Below, one piece after another: positions 25,991 through 36,002 of a stretch of DNA of 64,000 bases. Location of the stretch: contig DYJP01000002.1 of assembly GCA_020723065.1 (NCBI GenBank), forward strand, positions 7,464 to 71,463, read 5' to 3'. Positions within the stretch are counted from its first letter, which is position 1; each line of letters opens with the position of its first letter. The position numbers and the translations under genes were made by a program. The notes under the pieces are model-generated. The model was not told the DNA's origin. It worked only from the letters and a program-made list of their open reading frames with translations, and ran no database searches. The DNA is from Candidatus Micrarchaeum sp. GTDB taxonomy: Archaea; Micrarchaeota; Micrarchaeia; CABMEP01.

Positions 25991-28627
25991 CTAGGATGCC
26001 TTTGAAGACCGGATCATTTTCATTATTTCTATGTAAACAAAACCTGTAGATGCAATAAGGATCACTGCTCCAAGCTCCAGTGCTGTTAAAGACGTGGTAT
26101 AGAACAAGGATTGGACTGGCTCGAAATATATTATAACCATCTGAAGGAGGAATGAGAACAAGGCCGCAAGAACCAAATACTTATTATTGAAAAGAACTCC
26201 AAACACTGGTCTTTCAAGCGACCTGCAGGAGAAAGATTGGAACATTTCAAAGAAAACAATTAAGCTGAACGATATCGTTTGTGCCTTAAGCAAGTCTCCC
26301 GTAACACTAAGAACATAAGCGAAGGAAACGAGAACAGCAACAGTCAATATAATCGGATAATGTATAACGTAAAGGTCAAGTTTGGAAATTATGTCTTCAT
26401 CTGGGGGCCTCGGCCGCCTATTCATAACATCTTTTGATATCGGATCAACTGCAAGCGAAAGAGCGGGCAGCCCGTCAGTAATAAGATTTATCCACAGAAT
26501 CTGAATTGCAATTAATGGAAGCGACAACCCGATCAGGGCTGCCAGAAATATTATGAAAACCTCCGCTATGTTTCCGGAAAGCAGGAATGCGATATTCTTC
26601 CTTATATTCTCGTATATTCCTCTTCCCTGCTCTATCGCCTTGACTATTGTGGCAAAATTGTCGTCGGATATGACAAGGTCTGCGACTTCTCTGGTGACAT
26701 CAGTTCCTGTTTGGCCCATAGCCACGCCCACGTCTGCCGTCTTTAGGGCAGGAGCGTCATTTATCCCGTCTCCAGTCATTGCAACTATCTCTCCCTTCTC
26801 CTTCAAAATGCGCGTTATCCTTACCTTGTGCTCCGGAGAGACTCTTGCAAATATCTTGACTCGTGAAATCCTTTTCTTAAGCTCTGAGTCACTAAGCTCG
26901 TCCAATTCCAAGCCAGTAAGGGCACTCCCGCCATCTATTATTCCAAGTTCTTTCCCTATTGCGAGCGCAGTCTCCTTATGGTCTCCGGTGATCATGATGA
27001 CGTCTACGCCTGCTTTCTTGCAAATGGAAATCGCATGCTTCACTTCAGGCCTCGGCGGATCTATCATCGCCTGAAGACCCAAAAACACGAATCCGTTCTC
27101 CTGTATCTTATTTGCAGAAGTACACTTCATTGCAAGTGCCAAAACCCTGAAGCTTGATCTTGCGTATTCTTTCTCCTTTTCAAGTATTTTTGACTTATCT
27201 TTAGAGTTTATCTTCTGGATTTTTCCTTCTTTTAAAATGAACTGGCATTTCTGAATTATCTTTTCTGCCGCACCCTTGGACCAGACAATCTTTTTATGTT
27301 TGTTAGAAACTGAAGCGTAAAGAACCGACATCATCTTTCGCTCGGAATCGAACTGAACCTCATCTAATCGCTTAAAATCCGACCGGTGATCTGGAATGCC
27401 TGCTTTTTTAGCTGAGACCAAAAGGGCCAATTCAGTAGGATCTCCAACCGGTTGGCCTGTTATGAAACTGTCATTACAATAAGAGCCAGCTTCCAAAGTC
27501 AATGAAAGATCCTTGTCTATTCTCTTTACTTCCTTGTTCTTGAACAGCACCTTTCCTTCTCCTTTGTAGCCTTCTCCAGTGAAAACGTATTCTTTTCCAT
27601 AATTCCAAACTTTCTTAACTGTCATTTCATTCACTGTAAGGGTTCCGGTCTTATCTGTGCAAATAGTAGTAACGCTGCCGAGCCCTTCTACTGCCGTAAG
27701 CTTTCTGACTATGGCATTGTGCTTTGCCATCTTGTTAACACCTAACGAAAGCGCAATAGTTATGGAAGCGAGAAGACCTTCCGGCACCGCCGCCACTGCA
27801 AGAGATATTGAAGTAAGCGCGATATCAATAAGCTTCATGCCATTAAGCAGACCAAGCAGAAAAACTACAGTACATATCGCAAGAAACACGATTCCGATGA
27901 ATTGACCGAACCTATCAAGCTTCTTCTGAAGCGGAGTGACGTCTTCTTCGGCCTGTATTGAAAGCGCAATCTTTCCGAATTCGGTACCCATTCCAGTGGA
28001 AACTACCACCGCTCCACAACGGCCATAAACTACGGATGTTCCCATGAAAAGCATATTCGCCTGGTTCTGTACCAACTGCTTTCCGTTTATGACTTCAGAA
28101 ATCTTCGAAACTGGATGCGACTCGCCAGTAAGGATTGATTCGTCAACTTTAAGATTTATTTGGGATATAACCCTGCAGTCTGCAGGAACCCTGTCACCAG
28201 TATTCAAAACTACGAAGTCGCCGGGAACAAGCTCTCTGGAAGAGATGGTCTTCAGCTCTCCATCTCGGATAACCTTGACAGTCGGAATTGTAAGCTTCTT
28301 TAAAGCTCGAATCGCCTCTTCTGCCTTCTTTGTTTGGATGTAACCTAGAAATGCATTGAGAAGAATTATTACAAGTATAAGGAGTGCATCCACGTATTCA
28401 TTGAATGCGAATGAAAGCAAAACTGCAATGATCAAAATCAATATGAGAAAACTCTTGAACTGATCGACTAATAAGTCAAAATCGGATTTCTGTTTCTTTT
28501 CCTGAATTTCATTATAGCCAAATTCCGCCAGTCGTTCCTTTGCTTCAAAAGAAGTAAGTCCGTTTGTAGATGTCTGAAGTGTTTCCATCACTTCCTTTGC
28601 AGACAGAATATGGTACGGTTCGTTCAT
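25991..28627 (-). CDS. P-type cation-transporting ATPase (P2/Ca2+-type)
   Basis: DKTGTLT phosphorylation motif, TGDGINDAPAL hinge motif, a cation ATPase N-terminal domain and 10 predicted TM segments. Confidence 0.9.
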   Translation of the reverse strand: MNEPYHILSAKEVMETLQTSTNGLTSFEAKERLAEFGYNEIQEKKQKSDFDLLVDQFKSFLILILIIAVLLSFAFNEYVDALLILVIILLNAFLGYIQTKKAEEAIRALKKLTIPTVKVIRDGELKTISSRELVPGDFVVLNTGDRVPADCRVISQINLKVDESILTGESHPVSKISEVINGKQLVQNQANMLFMGTSVVYGRCGAVVVSTGMGTEFGKIALSIQAEEDVTPLQKKLDRFGQFIGIVFLAICTVVFLLGLLNGMKLIDIALTSISLAVAAVPEGLLASITIALSLGVNKMAKHNAIVRKLTAVEGLGSVTTICTDKTGTLTVNEMTVKKVWNYGKEYVFTGEGYKGEGKVLFKNKEVKRIDKDLSLTLEAGSYCNDSFITGQPVGDPTELALLVSAKKAGIPDHRSDFKRLDEVQFDSERKMMSVLYASVSNKHKKIVWSKGAAEKIIQKCQFILKEGKIQKINSKDKSKILEKEKEYARSSFRVLALAMKCTSANKIQENGFVFLGLQAMIDPPRPEVKHAISICKKAGVDVIMITGDHKETALAIGKELGIIDGGSALTGLELDELSDSELKKRISRVKIFARVSPEHKVRITRILKEKGEIVAMTGDGINDAPALKTADVGVAMGQTGTDVTREVADLVISDDNFATIVKAIEQGRGIYENIRKNIAFLLSGNIAEVFIIFLAALIGLSLPLIAIQILWINLITDGLPALSLAVDPISKDVMNRRPRPPDEDIISKLDLYVIHYPIILTVAVLVSFAYVLSVTGDLLKAQTISFSLIVFFEMFQSFSCRSLERPVFGVLFNNKYLVLAALFSFLLQMVIIYFEPVQSLFYTTSLTALELGAVILIASTGFVYIEIMKMIRSSKAS

Positions 28628-28748
28628 AATTTAGATTTAGAGACAACTTATAAAAATATTGGTAGCTTGAATAAGGGGTTTAACGACAGTATTTAAAAGA
28701 CTAGGTATATAAAAAATCTTTTTAAATCTAATTAAGTATATAATATAG

Positions 28749-29258
28749 ATGAACGACACTATTACTCAGCAAATACAAGAGCTAGAAGATGAAAAAAAAG
28801 ACAAGCTGGAAAAAGTAAAAAAGCTCAGTAGCGAAATCAGAAACTTAGCAGAGCAGATAGAAAAGGTCAGGAAATCTAGCGGATTGGGATCCATCGATGA
28901 AGAGAAGAGGATCATGAAGCAGATCAACCTGATTGACTTCAAGATTTCCACAACCAAGAACCTTCCACTAAAACAGGAAAGGGAGCTGGCGAAAGAAATA
29001 CATTCTCTCGAAGCAAGACTCAAAAAGATAAAAGAAATGAAGCAGAAGATGGGCGAGCTTAGGGAAATGGAAAGCAAGATTTCTGCACTAAAGAAGGAAA
29101 GAGACGAGATCAAAACAGGACTCGACGAATTCAACGATGAGATCGAACTCTTAAAAAGTGAAAAGAAGTTTTCTGCAAGAAGAAAAGTCAAGGAAGCCGC
29201 AATCGAGCAGTTCTCGCTTGGAGACATCGCAGCAATAAAGAAGAAGAAAACCAAATAA
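28749..29258 (+). CDS. Coiled-coil protein of unknown function
   Basis: Continuous K/E-rich heptad pattern across 169 aa. Confidence 0.4.
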   Translation: MNDTITQQIQELEDEKKDKLEKVKKLSSEIRNLAEQIEKVRKSSGLGSIDEEKRIMKQINLIDFKISTTKNLPLKQERELAKEIHSLEARLKKIKEMKQKMGELREMESKISALKKERDEIKTGLDEFNDEIELLKSEKKFSARRKVKEAAIEQFSLGDIAAIKKKKTK

Positions 29259-29335
29259 CTTGTTTTTTATTCTTGCACTTTAATTTTGTTGAATTTGCAT
29301 TGAATTCTTGAAACTTTTATCTGAAAGGTAGTGGT

Positions 29336-31714
29336 ATGTCTAAGAAACAAGCCATTTTAATTGACGTAGATTCTGTAACCAAGAACGGCAGGACCATTAT
29401 CAGGCTAATCCTGAAAAGGAAAGGAATGTTCAAACTCTACGACCGAACATTCTATCCCTATTTCTATATAGAAACAGAGGAAAGGATAGAGAAAGGGCTC
29501 TATAATGGGATAGAAATCATTTCCGTAGAAGAAGTAGTGAAAAAGATAGAAGGGCAGGAGCGCAAGGTGAAGAAAGTCACCTGCAGCGACCCCAGAGAGA
29601 TTCAAGTCCTTAGCAAAATGCTCGAATCTTTCGGAAAAACCTATGAAAAGGACATAAGGTTCAACAGAAGATATCTTATCGACAAGGGGCTTAAGCCCAT
29701 GAACACAGTGGAAATAGAATACGAAGGCAAGTTCGTAAAGTCGATAAGGGATGTCGGGGAAAAGATAGATGTGAACACCCTGAATTTCCTTTCTTTTGAT
29801 ATAGAAGTCTACAACCCCTACGGCATACCGAGAGAAGACGAAGATCAAGCTATAATAATCAGCTATGCGAACAAAGACGGATCCGGCGCAATAACATGGA
29901 AAAATTGCGGAGTGAAGAATACAAAAGTGGTTAAAAACGAAAAAGAAATGATAGACGAATTCTGCAATGTCCTGCGCGAAAATGAAGTGGATGTCCTTTC
30001 TGGCTACAACTCCTCTGTTTTTGACATACCGTACTTAAAAGCGAGAGCAAACGCAGTCAAAACAAAACTGAAGCTCGGACGTGGGGATAGCTCGCCGAAA
30101 ATAAACAAAGTAGGAATGACCACTCATGTAAAGATAGAGGGAAGGGTACACTCCGATATTTACTATTTAATAAGAATACTTGCGGCTGCGCAGGCAATAA
30201 AACTCCAAAGGCACACATTAGAAGAAGTTTACAAAGAGTTGATAGGGGGACCAGAATGGAAAGTAGATATGCTTTCGATATACCAGATGTGGGATGATGA
30301 AAAAAGAAGGGGCGATCTGGTTAGATACGGAATAAAGGATGCGGAAGCCACTTATGAAATATTCGAAAAAATATTTCCACTACAAGTGGAAATGGCAAGG
30401 CTGATAAAGATACCGCTCTCCATGATCAGTGGGTCAACAACTGGACAGATGGTCGAAGCGCTTCTGATGGATGAAAGCTTCAAGAGAGGCTACATGATAC
30501 CATCTCGACCTAGCGGATATGCTGCAAATGAAAGGTATTCCAAACCCATCCAGGGAGCGTATGTCAAGCTCCCGCAGCCTGGCATATACGAAAACATAGT
30601 TGTCTTTGACTTCAGAAGCCTGTATCCATCAATAATCACCTCTCATAACATTGACCCATACACTATAAACTGCACTCATAAGGAATGCAAGACGGGTGCA
30701 AATAAGGCGCCGAATGGAAACCACTTCTGCACAAAGACACAGGGACTCGTGCCTTCCGCTATAAAGAACCTTCTTGAACTTAGGAAAAAAGTCAAAGCAG
30801 AACTGAAAAACGCAGAAAAAAAAGAAGACTGGAAACTCGCGAGCACACTCAACGCCAGAGTTGCCGCAATGAAAATAATCCTAAACACAGTTTACGGGAT
30901 GCTCAATTATCCGAGATCAAGATGGTATTCAAGAGAATGCGCGGAAAGTATCACTGCATTTGGAAGAGAATATGTCCAAGAAGTCGGAAGAAAAGCTGAA
31001 GAAAAAGGTTTCAACGTACTATACAGTGATACAGATAGTATATTCATACTTTTAGGAAATAAAACGCAGGAAGAAGCACTTGAATTTATGAAAGACGTAA
31101 ATCACCACCTTCCGGAAACCATGGAGCTTGAACTTGAAAACATATACAAGAGAGGCCTTTTCGTATCCAAAAAGCAGGAGAAAGAGACAGGTGCAAAGAA
31201 GAAATACGCGCTCATTACAAAGGAAGGAAAAATCAAGATTAGAGGCTTCGAGCTCGTCAGAAGAGACTGGTCCAAGATAGCTAAGGACACCCAGCTCGCG
31301 GTTCTTAAGGCGATCTTAGAGGAAGGAAGCAGAGAAAAAGCGCTTCAAATTGTAAAGGATACAGTCCAAAGGCTTAGCAGCGGAAAAGTTCCGAAAGAGG
31401 AGCTTGTAATATACACTCAGCTAAGGAAAGCAAACTATGAAGTTCTGTCCCCTGAGCTTTCGGCGGTTGAAAAGGCAAGAAGCAGAGGAATGAATATAGC
31501 CACGGGAGCAATAATCGGATACATAATAACTAAGAAAGGAAAGACAGTCTCTGAAAAGGCGGAGCTGATAGATTTCGCCGCAGATTACGATTCGGAATAT
31601 TACATAGATCACCAGGTTCTGCCCGCGGTCATGAAGATAATAGGTGAGCTTGGCTACACTGAAGAGGACATAAAATACAGCGGAAAACAAGGCTCGCTTT
31701 CTGACTGGATGTGA
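29336..31714 (+). CDS. polB: DNA polymerase, family B
   Basis: Exonuclease motifs (FDIEV), polymerase motif A DFRSLYPSII, motif B KILNTVYG and motif C YSDTDSIFI. Confidence 0.9.
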   Translation: MSKKQAILIDVDSVTKNGRTIIRLILKRKGMFKLYDRTFYPYFYIETEERIEKGLYNGIEIISVEEVVKKIEGQERKVKKVTCSDPREIQVLSKMLESFGKTYEKDIRFNRRYLIDKGLKPMNTVEIEYEGKFVKSIRDVGEKIDVNTLNFLSFDIEVYNPYGIPREDEDQAIIISYANKDGSGAITWKNCGVKNTKVVKNEKEMIDEFCNVLRENEVDVLSGYNSSVFDIPYLKARANAVKTKLKLGRGDSSPKINKVGMTTHVKIEGRVHSDIYYLIRILAAAQAIKLQRHTLEEVYKELIGGPEWKVDMLSIYQMWDDEKRRGDLVRYGIKDAEATYEIFEKIFPLQVEMARLIKIPLSMISGSTTGQMVEALLMDESFKRGYMIPSRPSGYAANERYSKPIQGAYVKLPQPGIYENIVVFDFRSLYPSIITSHNIDPYTINCTHKECKTGANKAPNGNHFCTKTQGLVPSAIKNLLELRKKVKAELKNAEKKEDWKLASTLNARVAAMKIILNTVYGMLNYPRSRWYSRECAESITAFGREYVQEVGRKAEEKGFNVLYSDTDSIFILLGNKTQEEALEFMKDVNHHLPETMELELENIYKRGLFVSKKQEKETGAKKKYALITKEGKIKIRGFELVRRDWSKIAKDTQLAVLKAILEEGSREKALQIVKDTVQRLSSGKVPKEELVIYTQLRKANYEVLSPELSAVEKARSRGMNIATGAIIGYIITKKGKTVSEKAELIDFAADYDSEYYIDHQVLPAVMKIIGELGYTEEDIKYSGKQGSLSDWM

Positions 31715-31761
31715 TTGAAAAGGTTAAAAGATCAAATTGGCATATATAAAAGGATGATGAT

Positions 31762-32646
31762 ATGGATTATGAAGACAAGATCAAAAACACAATAGAAGCG
31801 GGAAAGGTGGCGAAGCAGATACGCGATTCTCTTAAGATAAAAGTCGGCGACAAATATTCAAATATCTGCGAAAAACTGGAAAACAAAATGAGCGAACTCG
31901 GATGCGAATACGCGTTCCCAGTGAATATATCTGTCAACGAGATAACTGCGCACGACACTGCATCACTCAAAGATGATAGAATCATAACAGAAAAGGACCT
32001 TGTAAAAGTAGATATTGGGGTACATAAGAATGGATTCATAGCGGACGGAGCAGTAACATTCGATATGACTGGAGAGTACGGGCACCTCATGGATGCTTCA
32101 AAGGAAGCTCTAGAAAATGCAATTTCAATAGTTAAAGCGGGAGTAGATACATCCAGGATTGGTGCAGAGATAGAAAGGACTGTTAAAAAAAGAGGTTTAA
32201 AGGTGATAGAAAACCTCACCGGCCACGGCCTTGATCAGTACATTATACATTCTGACCCGATAATACCCAACTATGAAACTCAAAAAGGAACCATTCTTCA
32301 GGAAGGGGACATCATAGCAATAGAGCCCTTTGTCACGTCTGGAGATATGGAAGGCCATGTGACAGAGATGGACAGGTGCGAAATATTCAGCGCAAGCAGC
32401 TTCGAACCGACCAGGAATAAAGATGCCAGAAAGATGATGGAAAAAATTGTAAACGAAAGGAGAACGATGCCATTCGCAGAAAGACATTATGTAAAAAAGC
32501 CCACCGACAAAATTGCAATACTTGAATTGATACGGAATGGTTCACTCATTGCATATCCGGTGCTGAAGGAAAAAAGCGGCGGGATGGTTGCCCAGTTTGA
32601 ACATACTATCATCGTAGGTAAAGATGCCGCTGAACTTGTTTTCTGA
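31762..32646 (+). CDS. map: Methionine aminopeptidase, type 2
   Basis: 294-aa pita-bread fold with metal-ligand context (D..D..H..E..E) and an archaeal MAP2 layout. Confidence 0.85.
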   Translation: MDYEDKIKNTIEAGKVAKQIRDSLKIKVGDKYSNICEKLENKMSELGCEYAFPVNISVNEITAHDTASLKDDRIITEKDLVKVDIGVHKNGFIADGAVTFDMTGEYGHLMDASKEALENAISIVKAGVDTSRIGAEIERTVKKRGLKVIENLTGHGLDQYIIHSDPIIPNYETQKGTILQEGDIIAIEPFVTSGDMEGHVTEMDRCEIFSASSFEPTRNKDARKMMEKIVNERRTMPFAERHYVKKPTDKIAILELIRNGSLIAYPVLKEKSGGMVAQFEHTIIVGKDAAELVF

Positions 32647-33055
32647 TTTCAGTTCGAAACCAATTCAAGTATTAAAATACGACATACTCCGTCCCTAAAT
32701 GGTATAGGATCTTTCTGACAAATCCTTATTAGCAATCCGATGACCGTATATCTGCAGTTTCTGGAATTTTAATGGATAGATCCTGAATTTATGCCACATT
32801 ACACTGACTTTTGCAATGACTACCACGGTAAACTATATGAAAATAGATTACAAACAAACTGCAAGGGCTGATTTCCGATGATCTATTAAATTTATAAAAT
32901 TTTGGCAACTGAATTTCGTGAATGAAATATCGTATTTCTGTTCACGTTCATCCTACCTCTAAAGAATATAAGTTTTTGCAGGAACATGTGCATTTCAAGT
33001 ATATGAAAATCGCATGGAATTTCCCGCTCACAAAGATTAAAAACCAATACCGCCA

Positions 33056-33787
33056 ATGATAATTATGACAAAAATCGTTGAAGTCTCGCCAATAAAACTG
33101 AAGAATCCGGTGCTAATTGAAGGTTTCCCTGGAGTGGGGATGATTGGCACAATAGCCGCCATGCATCTAATAAAGGAATGGAACATGGAACTGGTAGGAT
33201 ACATAGACTCTGAAGAGTTCCCGCCAATATGCACGATCCATGACGAGGAACCATTACCTGCGGCAAGAATATACCAATCCAAGAGATACAACACGCTCGT
33301 TCTTTTCTCTGAATTCGTAATACCAACCGATGCAGTCAACAAGGTAGCAAACGAGATCATCCTTTGGGGAGAAGACAGAAAGCTTAGCGCAATAATATCG
33401 CTTGGAGGTGTCGGCCTTTCAACAATAAAAGACGACGTATTCGGAATCGCATCGACAGACGGACTGAAAAAAGAGCTCAAAGACATCGGAATCACTGTGG
33501 TAAAAGAGGGAGTCACTACCGGAGTGACCGGACTAGTCCTCGCAAACGCATACATTAGGAAATTTCCCGCGGCAGCAATACTTACTTCTAACAAAAACAT
33601 GAACATCAACTTAATAGGAGCAGCAAAAGTGCTTGAAAAGCTCAGCGACCTGCTAAATATACCTATAAGCACCGACAAATTGCAGAAAGAAGGAGAAGAG
33701 CTTGAGAACAAACTAAAGAAAATGATAAAGGAAACCAAAGAAGTAAGGAAGACTTATGAAGACATACAGTCTCCGATGTACAGATAG
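33056..33787 (+). CDS. PAC2-family proteasome assembly chaperone-like protein
   Basis: N-terminal IEGFPGVGMIGTIA motif and a length typical of archaeal PAC2 (COG1938). Confidence 0.55.
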   Translation: MIIMTKIVEVSPIKLKNPVLIEGFPGVGMIGTIAAMHLIKEWNMELVGYIDSEEFPPICTIHDEEPLPAARIYQSKRYNTLVLFSEFVIPTDAVNKVANEIILWGEDRKLSAIISLGGVGLSTIKDDVFGIASTDGLKKELKDIGITVVKEGVTTGVTGLVLANAYIRKFPAAAILTSNKNMNINLIGAAKVLEKLSDLLNIPISTDKLQKEGEELENKLKKMIKETKEVRKTYEDIQSPMYR

Positions 33788-33819
33788 GATTATATTATTC
33801 GTTTGCTTATTCTTACTAT

Positions 33820-33925
33820 GCAGGGGTGCCAGAGCCAGGTCAAACGGGTCAGATTCAGTATTGAAGACCAAGCTTAGGACCTGATGCGCGTAGGCGCTGC
33901 GTGGGTTCAAATCCCACCTCCTGCA
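33820..33925 (+). tRNA. tRNA-Leu (anticodon TAG), class II with long variable arm and a candidate 19-nt intron at non-canonical position 30/31
   Basis: Acceptor stem GCAGGGG/CUCCUGC with discriminator A. T-arm GUGGG-UUCAAAU-CCCAC. Variable-arm hairpin GCGC-GUAG-GCGC. Removing 33853-33871 restores a perfect anticodon arm UCAGG-CUUAGGA-CCUGA. The D-arm pairing could not be resolved by eye. Confidence 0.55.
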
Positions 33926-34103
33926 TTTTATTTTTATTCGATTAGACGATGAAATAAGATATAATAAATAGTAAGAGACAACTAAACTCTTAGTGAAAAA
34001 CGGGATTTTCCTTTTACTTAGATTGCATCTAAAAAAAATAGTACTGACTTAAACTTAAAGAAAATTAAAGATGTTTTGAAAAGATATAGGAAAGAATTGA
34101 GTT

Positions 34104-35243
34104 TTACTTCTTACTCTTTTTCTCTTCTGCTTTTGCTATCCTTTGCATTGCCAGTTCCATTGCTGCATCTCTTGGTTTTATGTTTTTTTTCTTTGAAATC
34201 GAAAGGACCTTCTTAACGTTCTGCACGACCTTCTTTTCCACAAGCTTAAACATGTCTTCGACTGACTTTCCGCGGTATTCCACATAAGAAGAAATAACGC
34301 CGCCGGAATTCGCTACAAAATCTGGAACGACCAGAATTCCATTCCTGAACAGCATCTCTTCAAATTCTGGCTTTGTGGGAATATTGGATCCCTCGACAAC
34401 TATCTTCGCCTTAATTTTGTTTACGTTTGTCTCGTTTATTACGTCGGGAACTGCTGCAGTAATTATAACGTCCGCATCAATCTCAACTAAATCGGTTGTC
34501 TTCAGAATAGTTCCCGGTTTGTAATTAATCACTGAACCTGTTTCCTTCTTGACCTTGTCCAATTCCGAAAAATTAATTCCGTTTGAATTGTACAATGTTC
34601 CCTTGCTGTCACTTATCGCAACAAGCTTGGCACCCATTTCAGTAAGGTATTTTACTGCAAAATAACCTACATTACCGAACCCTTCCACTGCAAATGTGAT
34701 ATTTTTAACATCTAATTTTTTATATTTGGCGGCAACGACTGTGGCATGAGCGACGCCGAATCCGGTAGAACCGTATTCATGAGGAATGCCGCATTTGTTT
34801 TCGAAACACATGTCTTTCGGTTTGCCCGTGGTCGATTTCCATGAACCATTCTCTTCTGCAAACCATCTCATTTCCTGCTCTGCAGTATTCATGTCTGGAG
34901 CCGCAACGTATAGCTTAGGGCATAGATAACGTATCTCCCTTGAATATGCCCTTACATACTCCTCTTTCCGTTTAACATCTTTGATTACGTCTTGTGGAGC
35001 TAGAATCCCTCCCTTCGCCCCTCCAAACGGCAATCCTGCCAATGCAGTCTTGAATGTCATTACTCTGGCAAGTCTGGCAATTTCCTGGATTGTCACAGTT
35101 GGGGACATTCGTATTCCGCCTTTTCCTACACCTAATGCGGTATTGTCAATCACAACAAAACCCTTCATGCCTGTTTTCTTATCTGAAACAACTATTACTT
35201 TCTCAGGCCCGATTTGATCAAAATTTATTTCGCCAAGCTGCAT
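34104..35243 (-). CDS. gdh: Glu/Leu/Phe/Val dehydrogenase family protein (glutamate dehydrogenase-like)
   Basis: GLPFGGAKGGI lysine-active-site motif and a Rossmann NAD(P) domain (TFAVEGFGNVG). Confidence 0.8.
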   Translation of the reverse strand: MQLGEINFDQIGPEKVIVVSDKKTGMKGFVVIDNTALGVGKGGIRMSPTVTIQEIARLARVMTFKTALAGLPFGGAKGGILAPQDVIKDVKRKEEYVRAYSREIRYLCPKLYVAAPDMNTAEQEMRWFAEENGSWKSTTGKPKDMCFENKCGIPHEYGSTGFGVAHATVVAAKYKKLDVKNITFAVEGFGNVGYFAVKYLTEMGAKLVAISDSKGTLYNSNGINFSELDKVKKETGSVINYKPGTILKTTDLVEIDADVIITAAVPDVINETNVNKIKAKIVVEGSNIPTKPEFEEMLFRNGILVVPDFVANSGGVISSYVEYRGKSVEDMFKLVEKKVVQNVKKVLSISKKKNIKPRDAAMELAMQRIAKAEEKKSKK

Positions 35244-35253
35244 CGAATCACTT

Positions 35254-35868
35254 TCATTTCTTTTCTAAAGAATCAACTGTCTTGCAAAAAACAAGATAAG
35301 CTGTATGCATGAGACCGATATTCTGGGGCCTTGTGCCACGCTCCCTACTCATGATTTCTCTCACTATCGCCTCTAAAATGAAACAATCGTATCCCTTTTC
35401 TTTTGCAATCTTTGCAAACAGGGCAACCTGCTCCATGTGGGGGAGATATGCGATTATATATCCGTCTTCTGAAAGTTTGAACTTTGAATTGAATATATTT
35501 TCCGGATTTGGAAGATCTAAATTGATGATGTCAATCTCTCCTTCAATTTTTTCGATGCCTTCAAAAACCGACTCGTTTGACAAAAATATGTTATTTAGCC
35601 CGGAGCGCTTTATGTTCTTTTCTGCAATACCATAGAACTCTTCACGATTTTCAAAAGAATACACTTTCTTAGCAATTGAACCAAAAAAAACATTAGAAAA
35701 ACCGCTTCCCGCTCCAGCGTCAACCACTACGCTCTTTTTATTCATGCCCGAAAATGCAACAATCGTGCCCAGATCCTTTGGAAGAATTACTTGCGGGCCT
35801 CTTTTAAGCTTCTTAAGAATTGGAGGAAACCTGAAATCAAACCCCTGGTGCCTTGAACTTCTTACCAT
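35254..35868 (-). CDS. trmI: tRNA (adenine-N1)-methyltransferase TrmI/Gcd14-like SAM methyltransferase
   Basis: PQVILPKD resembles the TrmI motif (QIIYPKD). SAM motif I VVDAGAGSGF. The start is trimmed to MVRSSR (ATG 35866-35868); the track start is 35919. Confidence 0.55.
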   Translation of the reverse strand: MVRSSRHQGFDFRFPPILKKLKRGPQVILPKDLGTIVAFSGMNKKSVVVDAGAGSGFSNVFFGSIAKKVYSFENREEFYGIAEKNIKRSGLNNIFLSNESVFEGIEKIEGEIDIINLDLPNPENIFNSKFKLSEDGYIIAYLPHMEQVALFAKIAKEKGYDCFILEAIVREIMSRERGTRPQNIGLMHTAYLVFCKTVDSLEKK

Positions 35869-35923
35869 AGAATAAATATAAAGAGAATATTTTAATGCCT
35901 TTAGTGTAATATAATACATCTAG

Positions 35924-35995
35924 GCCCCAGTAGCTCAGTGGTAGATCGCGTCCTTGGTAAGGACGAGGCCACGGGTTCGAATCCCGTCTGGGGCT
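35924..35995 (+). tRNA. tRNA-Thr (anticodon GGT)
   Basis: Acceptor GCCCCAG/CUGGGGC. Anticodon arm CGUCC-UUGGUAA-GGACG. T-arm ACGGG-UUCGAAU-CCCGU. There is one C:U mismatch in the D-stem (GCUC/GAUC). Confidence 0.8.
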
Positions 35996-36002
35996 TGCTT
36001 AA

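Noticed and set aside
26553-28343. Plus-strand ORFs (173, 82, 99 aa) opposite the P-type ATPase gene
   Set aside because: Antisense shadow ORFs within a 878-aa P-type ATPase whose motifs are all in the minus frame.
33037-33738. 233-aa minus-strand ORF overlapping the PAC2-like gene
   Set aside because: Ser/Phe/Ile low-complexity antisense translation. The plus-strand frame carries the recognisable IEGFPGVG motif.
35924-35995. D-stem C:U mismatch in tRNA-Thr, as a possible pseudogene sign
   Set aside because: All other stems and the anticodon loop are canonical. A single D-stem mismatch is common in functional tRNAs.
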